From Terriglobia bacterium (lineage in GTDB: Bacteria > Acidobacteriota > Terriglobia > Acidiferrales > UBA7541): DNA of 46,506 bases. The stretch is from assembly GCA_041490605.1 (NCBI GenBank), contig JBGPTK010000001.1, forward strand, positions 1 through 46,506, in the 5' to 3' direction. The position numbers and the translations under genes are program-made. Positions within the stretch are counted from its first letter, which is position 1, and each line of letters starts with the position of its first letter. A model generated the notes under the pieces. The model did not search any database. It was not told the origin of the DNA and saw only the letters and a list, made by a program, of their open reading frames with translations. Shown here piece by piece: positions 1 to 8,963 of the stretch.

Positions 1-244
1 ATTGGGCGCTCTCGTCCCGATGCAAATCGGGATTCGCATTGAAGAATCATGGTCGACGTTGCGGCCGTATCGATGGTTGGTGAAACGATTGGTTTCACCG
101 GGGAATGATTCACCGTGAGATTTCCAGAGTCTTGGTCCTCCACCTTCTCTGGCTACCACGCGGTGCTAAAAACACCGGACGGCACATCTGCGTATTGACA
201 ACGCCTTCGTTCTTATCGAGGGGCACCCTCGCGGCAAGAATCAA

Positions 245-1138
245 TTAGCCGCGAACGGTTAAGACCGGGCATTTTGCGTGGGAGACGAGTTTGTGGGCGG
301 TCGCGATTGGCAGGTGTGTCGCGGCGCCGGGAACGCCTGTGGGCCGCCGGACTCCGACGACCACCAAGTCCGCCTTCCGGTCATCAGCCACGTCCAGAAT
401 AGTTTCCGCCACTTCACCTTCCGCAACCATATACCAGGGTTCGCACCACAACTCCGCGTCCGCCGGCACCAGTGCGTGCATCCGCCGCAGCGCCGAAGCC
501 TCGAGCTCTTTGGGGTTAACCAAATCGCCCGCCTCGGGCCTCGCGATGACGTGCAGCAACGTGAGATGCGCTTGATATTCCTGGGCCAGTGAAATGGCAT
601 AGGGGGCGGCGGCCAGAGATTCCGGACTGAAATCCGTGGCATACAGTATTTCGTGAAAATTCCCGCCCGCCGGCGGCTGCACCGGCGAATACGGACCCAC
701 CGTCAACACCGCGCAAGGCGCCTCGCGGAAAATTTCCTCCGCCGTGGATCCCAGCAGCAGCTTCCCCAGCCCCGTCCTGCCCCGCGTGCCGATCACAATC
801 AAGTCAATTTGATTCTTCTCGATTGTGGACGCCAGGGCCGGCCAGATTTCGCCCTCCTCAATCACCAATTCGCTGTTGAGGTCGGGAAATGGCGCTAAAA
901 GATTCCTGGCCCGTTCGCGCGCCTGGGCCTCTTGGGCTTCCCCCAGGGCCTTCCAGCTCTCCGGAGGAACCATGGTGTAAACTTCAGGAGGCCTGACATG
1001 CAAGGCGAAGAGCTTGGCCCCAAAATGGCGCGCCAATTCCGCGGCATAGGGAAGAGCGTCCTCCGACGGCCGGGAGAAGTCCGTGGCGAACACAATGTTC
1101 TTCAGTTGAATTCTGGCCTCACGTTCGAGCGCTTTCAC
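245..1138 (-). CDS. Universal stress protein, tandem UspA domains
   Basis: ORF 245..1198(-). Two USP halves: NIVFATDFS...GTRGRTGLGKLLLGSTAEEIFREAPCAVLTV and ILYATDFS...HAKCPVLTV. Start placed at GTG 1138 (GGAGG 6 nt upstream). ATG 1198 is the alternative. Confidence 0.85.
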   Translation of the reverse strand: MKALEREARIQLKNIVFATDFSRPSEDALPYAAELARHFGAKLFALHVRPPEVYTMVPPESWKALGEAQEAQARERARNLLAPFPDLNSELVIEEGEIWPALASTIEKNQIDLIVIGTRGRTGLGKLLLGSTAEEIFREAPCAVLTVGPYSPVQPPAGGNFHEILYATDFSPESLAAAPYAISLAQEYQAHLTLLHVIARPEAGDLVNPKELEASALRRMHALVPADAELWCEPWYMVAEGEVAETILDVADDRKADLVVVGVRRPTGVPGAATHLPIATAHKLVSHAKCPVLTVRG

Positions 1139-1240
1139 TTGGCACCTCCATCCTGCGATCCCTGATGCGTTCCATGACCCGTGCGCCGCTGGAAGCACTG
1201 GCGCACCCTGCTCCGTCTGGTTCCGCTTCCGCCCGTTTTC

Positions 1241-2164
1241 TTACGACCGGATGGTCAGCACGGGACAAGTTGACTCGGAGACCACTCGAAAAGCCTTGGT
1301 ATTCGGCGCATGGCCGGCCAATCCCTTCATCCGCTTGGCGCCCATCACGATCAGGCCGGCCTTGGTCTCTTTCGCGACCCGCAGAATTTCTTCCACGGCA
1401 TCGCCGGCCGTCGCCCGGAATTGCGGCCAGCAGAGATATTTTTTCGTAGCCGGGACAAGCTCTCTCATTTGCCGCGTCGCCGCCTGTTTCTTCAACTCCA
1501 GGCCGCCTTCCGAAAGCTCTTTCTCCGGCGCGATCACATGCAGCACAGTCAGCTTCGACCGGTGCTCCTGCGCGAGCGAGAAAGCGTATTCAGCTTCGCG
1601 CTCGGCGCCCAGTCCGAAATCCGTCGCGAACAATATGTTCCTGAACTCCGCCTCATACAGCGGCTCGTTTTCCACCGCCGGGCCCACGGTCAAGACCGGG
1701 ACTCGCGCCTGCCGGAAGATTTCTTCGGCGGTCGAGCCCATCACCAATTTCGCCACCGGGCCAGCACCGCGAGTTCCGGCGATAATGAAATCGATTCCTT
1801 CCCTCTTGATCACCGCTTCCATGGCCGGCCAGAACGGCCCCTCTTCGATCACCACTTCATAGGGGACTCTTTCCAGGCGTTCGGATTTCTGCATTTCGGT
1901 GAAATGCCGCGCCGCATTCTGGCGCAGCCTTTCGATCGATGCCATGGCGATTTCCGGCGTCACCATGGCGTAAGGGTCCAGCGCCAGAATGTGCGTCAAA
2001 TAAATTTGCGAATTGTAACGCCGGGCGACCGCCAAGGCGTATTCCAGCGCGCGGTCCGAGCACGGCGAGAAATCCGTGGCCACCATGATTTTCTTGATTC
2101 GCACCATCTCGATTACTTCGCTGCTCTTCACCGGCTTCCCGGCCATTTCCAGTGTTCGAATCAT
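1241..2164 (-). CDS. Universal stress protein, tandem UspA domains
   Basis: 307-aa ORF with two USP halves (IMVATDFS...GTRGAGPVAKLVMGSTAEEIFRQARVPVLTV; ILFATDFG...STCPVLTI). ATG is preceded by GGAGG at 5 nt. Probably co-transcribed with 245..1138. Confidence 0.9.
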   Translation of the reverse strand: MIRTLEMAGKPVKSSEVIEMVRIKKIMVATDFSPCSDRALEYALAVARRYNSQIYLTHILALDPYAMVTPEIAMASIERLRQNAARHFTEMQKSERLERVPYEVVIEEGPFWPAMEAVIKREGIDFIIAGTRGAGPVAKLVMGSTAEEIFRQARVPVLTVGPAVENEPLYEAEFRNILFATDFGLGAEREAEYAFSLAQEHRSKLTVLHVIAPEKELSEGGLELKKQAATRQMRELVPATKKYLCWPQFRATAGDAVEEILRVAKETKAGLIVMGAKRMKGLAGHAPNTKAFRVVSESTCPVLTIRS

Positions 2165-2248
2165 CGCAACCTCCTGTTCCGCCCTTTCCGCGAGATGCCT
2201 TGTCCTGACCTTTCAATTAAGAACCTATGCGCCCAGCGGGATGCCTTC

Positions 2249-2286
2249 AGTGACCTACGTCACTTTCCGATGTGACGCGCCTCACT
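2249..2286. promoter_or_regulatory. Two adjacent CRP/FNR-type palindromes (GTGAC-N4-GTCAC) in the usp / pfkA divergent promoter region
   Basis: AGTGACCTACGTCACT (2249-2264, perfect 14-bp palindrome core) and TGTGACGCGCCTCACT (2271-2286, one mismatch). Centres are 22 bp apart. A third copy lies at 5756-5771. Confidence 0.5.
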
Positions 2287-2393
2287 GTGGCCATTCCTTG
2301 AATCGGTTACGAATTGACTGGGATTGATCTCGCCGAGTTTCGGCGAGCTTTTCGGCGCCGTAAAGACTCGTGGAAAGTTTCCACGGAGGCGTA

Positions 2394-3365
2394 ATGAAAC
2401 GAATTGCCGTCCTGACCAGCGGCGGTGACGCGCCGGGAATGAACGCGGCGGTGCGCGCGGTTGTGCGCACCGGAATCGACCGCGGCTGGGAAATGTTCGG
2501 CGTTCGCCACGGTTATGCCGGGCTTATCCGCGACAACTTTGTTCCCCTGGGCCCCCGCGATGTGAGCGGCATTATCCAGCGCGGGGGCACCATGCTCGGC
2601 AGCACGCGATGCCCCGAGTTCAAAACGGACGATGCCCAGTTCGACGCCATTCGAATTCTTCGGCAGCGCGCGATCGATGCGCTCATCGTGATCGGCGGAG
2701 ATGGATCCCAGGCCGGCTCGTACGCTCTTTCCCGCAAAGGCTTCCCGGTGGTTGGCATCGCGTCGACGATTGATAACGACCTGTGGGGCTCCGACATCAC
2801 CATCGGCGTGGACACGGCGCTGAACGTGGCGCTGGAGGCCATCGACCGGCTCAAAGTCACCGCCTCGTCTCACGAACGCGCGTTTCTGGTCGAAGTGATG
2901 GGCCGGGATTGCGGCTACCTGGCCTTGACCGCGGGAATTGCCGGGGGAGCGGAATGCATCGTGATTCCTGAAGTGGAGGTCGATCCGGAAAAAATCGCCT
3001 TCGAATTGCGCGACTCCTACGAGCGCGGCAAAGCGTATGCCATCGTCGTGGTTGCCGAAGGGTCTCGCTACGATGCCGAAAAACTCATCGCCTATTTCCG
3101 CGATCATCGCCAGCGGCTGGGCTTCGAATTGAGGGTTGTAAAATTAGGCCACGTTCAGCGCGGCGGCACGCCGGGAGTATTCGATCGTCTTCTCGCCACC
3201 CGCATGGGCGCGGCCGCCACCGAGCGGATTGCGCGCGGCGAATTTGGGGTTCTAATCGGCTTGATTCATGGGGAGATGAAAAGCACGCCCCTGGCCGACG
3301 TGGTGGGTAAGATAAAACCACTCGATCTACAACTCTTCAATTTGGCCGCCGTGCTGGCCAAGTAA
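2394..3365 (+). CDS. pfkA: ATP-dependent 6-phosphofructokinase
   Basis: MKRIAVLTSGGDAPGMNAAVRAVVR, IGGDGS (ATP-type), TIDNDL, MGRDCGYLAL, KLGHVQRGG. Start taken at ATG 2394 (GGAGG 4 nt upstream) instead of the ORF-track start 2370. Confidence 0.93.
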   Translation: MKRIAVLTSGGDAPGMNAAVRAVVRTGIDRGWEMFGVRHGYAGLIRDNFVPLGPRDVSGIIQRGGTMLGSTRCPEFKTDDAQFDAIRILRQRAIDALIVIGGDGSQAGSYALSRKGFPVVGIASTIDNDLWGSDITIGVDTALNVALEAIDRLKVTASSHERAFLVEVMGRDCGYLALTAGIAGGAECIVIPEVEVDPEKIAFELRDSYERGKAYAIVVVAEGSRYDAEKLIAYFRDHRQRLGFELRVVKLGHVQRGGTPGVFDRLLATRMGAAATERIARGEFGVLIGLIHGEMKSTPLADVVGKIKPLDLQLFNLAAVLAK

Positions 3366-3430
3366 TAGCTCTCGGTCTCACGGCAAACGCTTCCTAATCA
3401 GAAACTGAAATCATTCAACAGTTCAACTCT

Positions 3431-4591
3431 TCATCGCGCCGCCACTCGTTTTACCTGGCGAAGCCAGCCGCCCATTCCGCCCTTCTCTCTCAGCCTCTCT
3501 GCCGCTGCGCCGTCCACTACTTGCAGATGAGTCCCATGCTTTCGGGCCATCTCCGGGAGAACGTCCCGCAGCATGGCCGCGCGCCGCTTGCCTCCGCAGG
3601 CCGGGCAGACCGGATCGGCGGATCGATCCGCCCAACCACATTCATCGCAGCCGTGCAGCCGGAAATTCAGGCCGCGAACCACCACCAGGGACCCAATTTC
3701 GCCTTTCTGCAGGCGAGCCATGGTCTCGTCGAATTCCGCAACCGCTCCATGATCCGCTCCCAGCAAATCCGCTACCAGCTCCGAAGCATGCTGCAATTGC
3801 CATTTCGCGATCCGAGGTTCCAGACGCCGTTGCAATTCGGCTGCCGAGAGCCGCCCGAAGTCTTCGTCAATCAGCACGGCTTGTTGCCGCAGCCCCTGCC
3901 GGAACTCCGCCTGAATTGGCTCGATCAATCGAATGGACCCTGCCAGGAATAATGCGTCGAGCCCTTCCTTTTTGTAGACCTTTTCCACCTCTTCGGCGGT
4001 TTCCCGGCACAAACGGCGGTACTGCTCGTTCATCCGGCGCCTCAGAACATCCGATTGAGATCCACGAGCTTTCTGCACGCCAGGATGAGCCACATGCCCC
4101 AGTTCTTTTTTCTTCCACTGAGTAATGTCGATTGAAAACTTCTTCTCCATGAGTTGGGCCATTTCGCCCAGCCAATACCGGAAAAGACGCGCCCCAGTCC
4201 GGTCCACCACGAACAGCCCGTAAGGTTTGTGTTCATCGGCAAGCCAGAGCAATGGGGCCAAGGCCGGCCTTCCCCAGCGGAGTTCGTTCTCCACTTCCAT
4301 CTGCAGCGGCGCCACCTCCCAAGTCTGCGCACCGGCAAAAATCACCAGTCCTTTTTCTTTCGGCCTCCGGTCTCGCAAAAAATCTTCCACGCGAGCCAAC
4401 TCCAGAAGGAAAAGCCCCTGCTGGGACTGGGGCAATTCCTCCAGCATTGACTTTCCCGTCGAATTCAACCAGCTCAGGCATGGCTCAGTCAGTCCACGGC
4501 CGGAGGTCTTCGCTGGATTCGTGGTCATGTACACCGTAAGCACCGGCATTCGCAATTGCGAGAGATGCTGCAATCTTTTGTCATCAAGCAT
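3431..4591 (-). CDS. eRF1/Pelota-like (bacterial aeRF1, baeRF-type) protein with C-terminal CxxC...CxxC zinc ribbon
   Basis: ORF 3431..4633(-). Three-part layout resembling eRF1. Central loop KARGSQSD. C-terminal domain carries the insert CDECGWADRSADPVCPACGG. Start is preferred at ATG 4591 (GGCGGAG at 6 nt); ATG 4633 is the alternative. Family assignment is from memory of baeRF/host-attachment-like proteins and was not HMM-verified. Confidence 0.6.
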   Translation of the reverse strand: MLDDKRLQHLSQLRMPVLTVYMTTNPAKTSGRGLTEPCLSWLNSTGKSMLEELPQSQQGLFLLELARVEDFLRDRRPKEKGLVIFAGAQTWEVAPLQMEVENELRWGRPALAPLLWLADEHKPYGLFVVDRTGARLFRYWLGEMAQLMEKKFSIDITQWKKKELGHVAHPGVQKARGSQSDVLRRRMNEQYRRLCRETAEEVEKVYKKEGLDALFLAGSIRLIEPIQAEFRQGLRQQAVLIDEDFGRLSAAELQRRLEPRIAKWQLQHASELVADLLGADHGAVAEFDETMARLQKGEIGSLVVVRGLNFRLHGCDECGWADRSADPVCPACGGKRRAAMLRDVLPEMARKHGTHLQVVDGAAAERLREKGGMGGWLRQVKRVAAR

Positions 4592-4677
4592 GATCTTCTC
4601 CGCCTTTCCGCCCGGCCTGTAAGCCGGCGCCATTCGCTTCTCGTTCCGTCTCGAATGCCTTCAGCAGTTCGCTGCGC

Positions 4678-5052
4678 CTACAGCGCTTCGCTCACCCGGT
4701 GCCAGCCCCACATGTGCCCGATCAGAATGATCGAGCCGGCCGCCATGATGTAGATTTCCGAGTGAACCCACACGCCGAATAGCAGGAATAGAAAGCCCGC
4801 CGTCTGCAGCAGCACATTCGCCGGATGCAGGTGCAGCAGCATGATTTTTCCCAAAGTCGTCTGCGCCAGGTTCTCTTCCTGTTTTCGCGGAGTCACAATG
4901 GCTCCGAGCAGCACGCTGGTGAAAACCGCCGCCGCTGCCCAAATCCAGGCGTGCCCCCAAAGAAAGTAAATTGCCCAGGCGAAGCCCACGATCGCCAGAA
5001 TTATGTGCCGTGGATGCCCGTGGCGCACGACCGCTCGTTCAAAGTAAGTCAT
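4678..5052 (-). CDS. Small integral membrane protein (about 4 TM), unknown function
   Basis: 124-aa ORF with hydrophobic stretches (IILAIVGFAWAIYFLWGHAWIWAAAAVFTSVLLGAIV; VLLQTAGFLFLLFGVWV; IMAAGSIILIGHMWGW). Lies between the CBS gene and the eRF1-like gene on the same strand. Confidence 0.6.
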   Translation of the reverse strand: MTYFERAVVRHGHPRHIILAIVGFAWAIYFLWGHAWIWAAAAVFTSVLLGAIVTPRKQEENLAQTTLGKIMLLHLHPANVLLQTAGFLFLLFGVWVHSEIYIMAAGSIILIGHMWGWHRVSEAL

Positions 5053-5129
5053 AAGCCACTTCCTTCCCTGCCGGCAGGCGCTCGGCTACTCGCACCTGTC
5101 CTGGCCGGATCATCTGGTAAGTTTCTTGG

Positions 5130-5167
5130 GAGACACCGCCCCCGGTCAGCCGGCTAGGCGGTGTCTC
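5130..5167. other. 11-bp perfect stem-loop between the CBS gene and the membrane-protein gene
   Basis: GAGACACCGCC (5130-5140) pairs with GGCGGTGTCTC (5157-5167), leaving a 16-nt loop. It starts 7 nt after the CBS stop on the transcript. There is no U-tract, so it is not a classic terminator. Confidence 0.35.
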
Positions 5168-5173
5168 ACATAA

Positions 5174-5668
5174 TCAGGCCGCCACGCTCTTTTTCTGAAC
5201 CACTTGCGGAAGCGGCGGTTCATAGATTTTCTTGAACGCATTCATCACATCTTCGTAGGAAAGCTCGGGAGTCTTCCCCACGCCGCGAGGCTCCGCGTGC
5301 AGCACCACGTCGTCCATGGAGAGAATGCCCTCCAATCTCCCGGCCGCATCAATCACGGGCAGGCGGCGAACTTTCATCTCCGCCATCGTCGCCAGCGCCG
5401 TATGAATGTCGTCATCCGGTTTGCAGGAATAGAGCTTTCCGGTGGTCACTTCGCCCACGTTGATCTCGCCCGGCAGCCGGTTGCGGGTTCCCAGGGCGAT
5501 GCAGATGTCCCGGTCCGTAACCACGCCGAAAATTTTCTCTTCACAATTTGTGATTGGCAGGATTCCGCATTGCTGTCTCCACAGCATGTCCACCGCGGTC
5601 CCCAGATTGGTCTCGAGATTGCACCCAACCGGAGTTCCCACCATCACGTCTTTGACTCTCATCTTCAT
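5174..5668 (-). CDS. CBS-pair domain protein
   Basis: 164 aa. VKDVM...VVTDRDI and RRLPVIDAAGRLEGILSMDDVV are typical of two CBS motifs. AGGAGGTGA abuts the first ATG, so the second ATG (5662) may be the real start. Confidence 0.88.
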   Translation of the reverse strand: MKMRVKDVMVGTPVGCNLETNLGTAVDMLWRQQCGILPITNCEEKIFGVVTDRDICIALGTRNRLPGEINVGEVTTGKLYSCKPDDDIHTALATMAEMKVRRLPVIDAAGRLEGILSMDDVVLHAEPRGVGKTPELSYEDVMNAFKKIYEPPLPQVVQKKSVAA

Positions 5669-5755
5669 TCACCTCCTGATAGCCCATGCACTGCGACTAC
5701 AAAACCTGTATAGCCCGCACAGCCTGCGGAAGCTGTGCGCGCCATCACTTTGAAT

Positions 5756-5771
5756 AGTGACCGCGGTCACC
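5756..5771. promoter_or_regulatory. CRP/FNR-type palindrome GTGAC-N4-GTCAC (third copy)
   Basis: AGTGACCGCGGTCACC has a perfect 14-bp palindrome core. It lies about 95 bp upstream of the CBS gene start and about 94 bp upstream of the kinase start, in the divergent region. Confidence 0.5.
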
Positions 5772-5857
5772 GGCCTGGACCGGTACTCCCCGCCACGCTC
5801 TCTGCTGCTCAGGGAATGATTGCCTGCTTCCGGTTGCTGGCGTAATATGCACCGTCG

Positions 5858-8815
5858 GTGACCGATACCTCGCCCATCCTCGGCCGCATAATTTCCCACT
5901 ACCGCGTCATCGAAAAGCTCGGTGGCGGCGGAATGGGTGTGGTCTATAAGGCCGAAGACACCACGCTCGGCCGCTTCGTCGCCTTGAAATTTCTTCCCGA
6001 CGAAGTCTCCAGCGACAAGCAAATCCTCGATCGCTTCCTCCGCGAAGCCCGCGCCGCCGCCGCTCTGAATCACCCCAACATCTGCACCATTCACGAAATC
6101 GGCGAATTCGAAGGCCGCCGCTTCATCGCCATGGAATATCTGGAGGGCCAGACCCTGAAGCACCGCATCCTCGGCAAACCCATCCCCCTCGATAGCTGGG
6201 TCGAATGGGCCTCCCAGATTTCCGACGCCCTGGATGCCGCGCACGGAAAAGGCATCGTCCATCGCGACATCAAGCCCGCCAACATTTTCATCACCCAGCG
6301 CGGCCAGGCAAAAATCCTGGATTTCGGCCTCGCCAAACAAACCGCTCCGGCTCGCGAAGGAAACACCACCGGCCTATCCGTGATGCCCACGCAAGTGGTG
6401 AGCGAGGAATTGCTTACCAGCCCCGGCTCCACGGTCGGCACCGTCGCCTATATGTCGCCGGAGCAGGCGCTGGGCGAAGAACTCGACGCCCGCACCGATC
6501 TTTTTTCGTTCGGCATCGTGCTCTATGAAATGACCACCGGCCTTCTGCCCTTCAAGGGACAGACTTCCGCGGCAATTTTCGACGCCATTCTCCATAAAGT
6601 TCCCGTCTCACCGGTGCGGCTGAATCCCGACGTGCCGCCGGAAGTCGAATACATCATCAACAAGGCGCTCGAAAAAGATCGCGAGATTCGCTACCAGCAT
6701 GCCTCGGACATGCGCGCCGATTTGAAGCGGCTCAAGCGCGCCACCGATTCCAGCCGCGCCTCGATTTCCAGCGCGCAATCCCCCTCCGCCTTCCCAAGCA
6801 GCGCTGAACCGAGGGACGCCTCCTCTGGCCAAGTAAGCCGCGCGAGCGCCTCCGAGCAGGCGTCCAGCGCACCTGCGCTCGCCTCTGCAACCGTTGCCAC
6901 TGCCGCAGCAACCAACAGCAAGCCGCGCCGCTGGCCGCTTCTCGCCGGCGCTGCCGCGCTCGTGCTCAGTCTCACCATCGGCGGCTGGCTCTTCTATACG
7001 CACAAAGCCAACGCCCTCACGGAAAAGGACACGCTGCTTCTCTCCGATTTCGTCAACACCACCGGCGACGGCGTTTTCGACGGCACTCTCAAGCAAGCGC
7101 TCGCCGTCCAGCTCCAGCAATCCCCGTTCATCAATATCTTTCCCCAGGAACGCGTCCGCCAAACGCTCGGCTACATGAATCGCTCGCAGGACGAGCGGGT
7201 GGTGGGCCCGCTGGCCCGCGAAATTTGCGAGCGCAACGGCATCAAAGCCATGATCGGCGGCGAAATTTCGCAGCTTGGCAGCACCTACGTGGTCAATCTC
7301 ACCGCCATCAACTGTCTTACCGGCGATTCCCTGGCCCAGGAGCAGGTGCAGGCCACGAGCAAGGAACAGGTTCTCACTGCGATCGGCGAAGCAGCCAAAA
7401 AAATACGCGGCCAACTCGGCGAATCGCTCGGCTCGATTCAGAAATTCGACGCGCCCGTCGAGCAAGCCACCACCTCCTCGCTCGACGCGCTCAAGGCCTA
7501 CACGTTGGGTGAAGAGAAGCGCGCTGTAGAGGGCGATCTCCCGTCGATCCCCTTTTACCAGCGCGCCGTCGAGCTCGACCCCAATTTTGCGGTTGCCTAC
7601 GCCCGCCTTGGAACCGTCTACACCAACTCCGGCAACTCCCGCCTGGGCCAGGAGAATCAGAAGAAAGCGTTCGGGCTCCGGGAACGAGCCAGCGAACTGG
7701 AAAAGCTCTACATCACCGCTCACTATTACGAACAGGTGACCGGCGAGCTGGACAAGCAAATTTCCACCTACGAGTTGTGGCATCAGACCTATCCACGGGA
7801 TTGGACTCCCACCAATAATCTGGTAGTTGCCTACACCGAGGCTGGCGAGCCGGAAAAAGCCCTGCCGATGGCCCTCGAAAACTTGCGCCTCGCCCCCGGT
7901 CACATCCTCGCCTATGACAATGCGATGTATGCCTATCAGATTCTGAATCGCCTGGAAGAAGCCAAGGCGATGGTTAAGCAAGCGATCGCCCACGGCATCG
8001 ATACCACGGACCAGCACAGCTCTCTGTACGAAATTGCGTTTCTCCAGCATGACCCCGCGGAAATGCAGCGTCAGGCAGAATGGGCCAAGGGAAAGCCGGA
8101 CGAGTGGCAAATGCTCCTTTCTGTGACAGGCGCAGCTTCCGCGCGCGGGCAGGTGCGAGATTTTCGGCGCCTCTGGCAGCAAGCTTATGACACGCTCGCC
8201 CAGCAGAAAGCGGAGGGCTGGCTCGTGCGGCTTGATGGATCCCGCGCCGGAACCGAGTTTGCTTTGGGCTACCCCGCGGAAGCCAAACAGTATGCGATTC
8301 AGGGCCTGAAGCTCTCGCAGAACGAGCTGGCATGGATGGCCGAATGGCTGGCCCTGGCGGGCGATCCCGCCGGCGCGCAAGGCGTGATTGACCAAATGTC
8401 CAAGCTCCATCCCACCGACACACTCCTCAACGAACGCGAACTTCCTCAAGTCCGCGCTGCCATCGCCATGGCTCACGGCAACGGAGCGGCTGCGGTGGAT
8501 GCTCTGCGCGTCGCCTCGCGCTACGACCGCAACGATATCGGAGTCACCTACCTGCGCGGCCTCGCCTATCTGCAGATGAAATCCGGAAAAGAAGCCGCCG
8601 CCGAATTTCAAAAAGTGCTCAACTTGCCCGGAATTTTCCCCATGGCCCCCCAGCACTGGGCCGCCCAATTAGGCCTGGCCCGCGCTTACGTTCTGGCCGG
8701 CGATTCCCCCAACGCCCGCAAAGCCTACCAGGATTTCTTCGCCCTCTGGAAAGACGCTGATCCCGATGTCCCCACGTTAGTAGCCGCCAAATCCGAATAT
8801 AACAAGCTCCAATAA
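5858..8815 (+). CDS. Ser/Thr protein kinase with TM segment and extracytoplasmic sensor plus TPR region
   Basis: [35 protein letters not shown] kinase motifs. S/A-rich linker. TM segment [25 protein letters not shown]-like repeats ([22 protein letters not shown] and others). GTG start. Confidence 0.92.
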   Translation: MTDTSPILGRIISHYRVIEKLGGGGMGVVYKAEDTTLGRFVALKFLPDEVSSDKQILDRFLREARAAAALNHPNICTIHEIGEFEGRRFIAMEYLEGQTLKHRILGKPIPLDSWVEWASQISDALDAAHGKGIVHRDIKPANIFITQRGQAKILDFGLAKQTAPAREGNTTGLSVMPTQVVSEELLTSPGSTVGTVAYMSPEQALGEELDARTDLFSFGIVLYEMTTGLLPFKGQTSAAIFDAILHKVPVSPVRLNPDVPPEVEYIINKALEKDREIRYQHASDMRADLKRLKRATDSSRASISSAQSPSAFPSSAEPRDASSGQVSRASASEQASSAPALASATVATAAATNSKPRRWPLLAGAAALVLSLTIGGWLFYTHKANALTEKDTLLLSDFVNTTGDGVFDGTLKQALAVQLQQSPFINIFPQERVRQTLGYMNRSQDERVVGPLAREICERNGIKAMIGGEISQLGSTYVVNLTAINCLTGDSLAQEQVQATSKEQVLTAIGEAAKKIRGQLGESLGSIQKFDAPVEQATTSSLDALKAYTLGEEKRAVEGDLPSIPFYQRAVELDPNFAVAYARLGTVYTNSGNSRLGQENQKKAFGLRERASELEKLYITAHYYEQVTGELDKQISTYELWHQTYPRDWTPTNNLVVAYTEAGEPEKALPMALENLRLAPGHILAYDNAMYAYQILNRLEEAKAMVKQAIAHGIDTTDQHSSLYEIAFLQHDPAEMQRQAEWAKGKPDEWQMLLSVTGAASARGQVRDFRRLWQQAYDTLAQQKAEGWLVRLDGSRAGTEFALGYPAEAKQYAIQGLKLSQNELAWMAEWLALAGDPAGAQGVIDQMSKLHPTDTLLNERELPQVRAAIAMAHGNGAAAVDALRVASRYDRNDIGVTYLRGLAYLQMKSGKEAAAEFQKVLNLPGIFPMAPQHWAAQLGLARAYVLAGDSPNARKAYQDFFALWKDADPDVPTLVAAKSEYNKLQ

Positions 8816-8877
8816 TCGTTCCCACGCCTGGAGTTTACCCAGGTGGTTTTGATCCGGACGGTTGCCGCATCCTCTCC

Positions 8878-8963
8878 GGTTTTGAAAGGGTGCGGTTCTT
8901 GGTTCTTCGTTCTTGGTTCTTCGTTTTTCGTCTTATCTTCGTTCTTCTCCCCCAATCCACTAG
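8878..8963. repeat. Island-flanking direct repeat, copy A, left part (with expanded GGTTCTTC-type microsatellite)
   Basis: ggttttgaaaggg...(ggttcttcgttctt)x2...TCTTCGTTTTTCGT (8918-8931)...CAATCCA ctag. Matches 12534-12587; the 14-nt core is identical. Confidence 0.6.

Noticed and set aside
15-99. Two short hairpins at the left edge: TCCCGATgcaaATCGGGA at 15-32 and GGTGAAACgattgGTTTCACC at 79-99.
   Set aside because: Neither has a U-tract, neither matches the repeat families, and the upstream context lies outside the window. They are too little to interpret.
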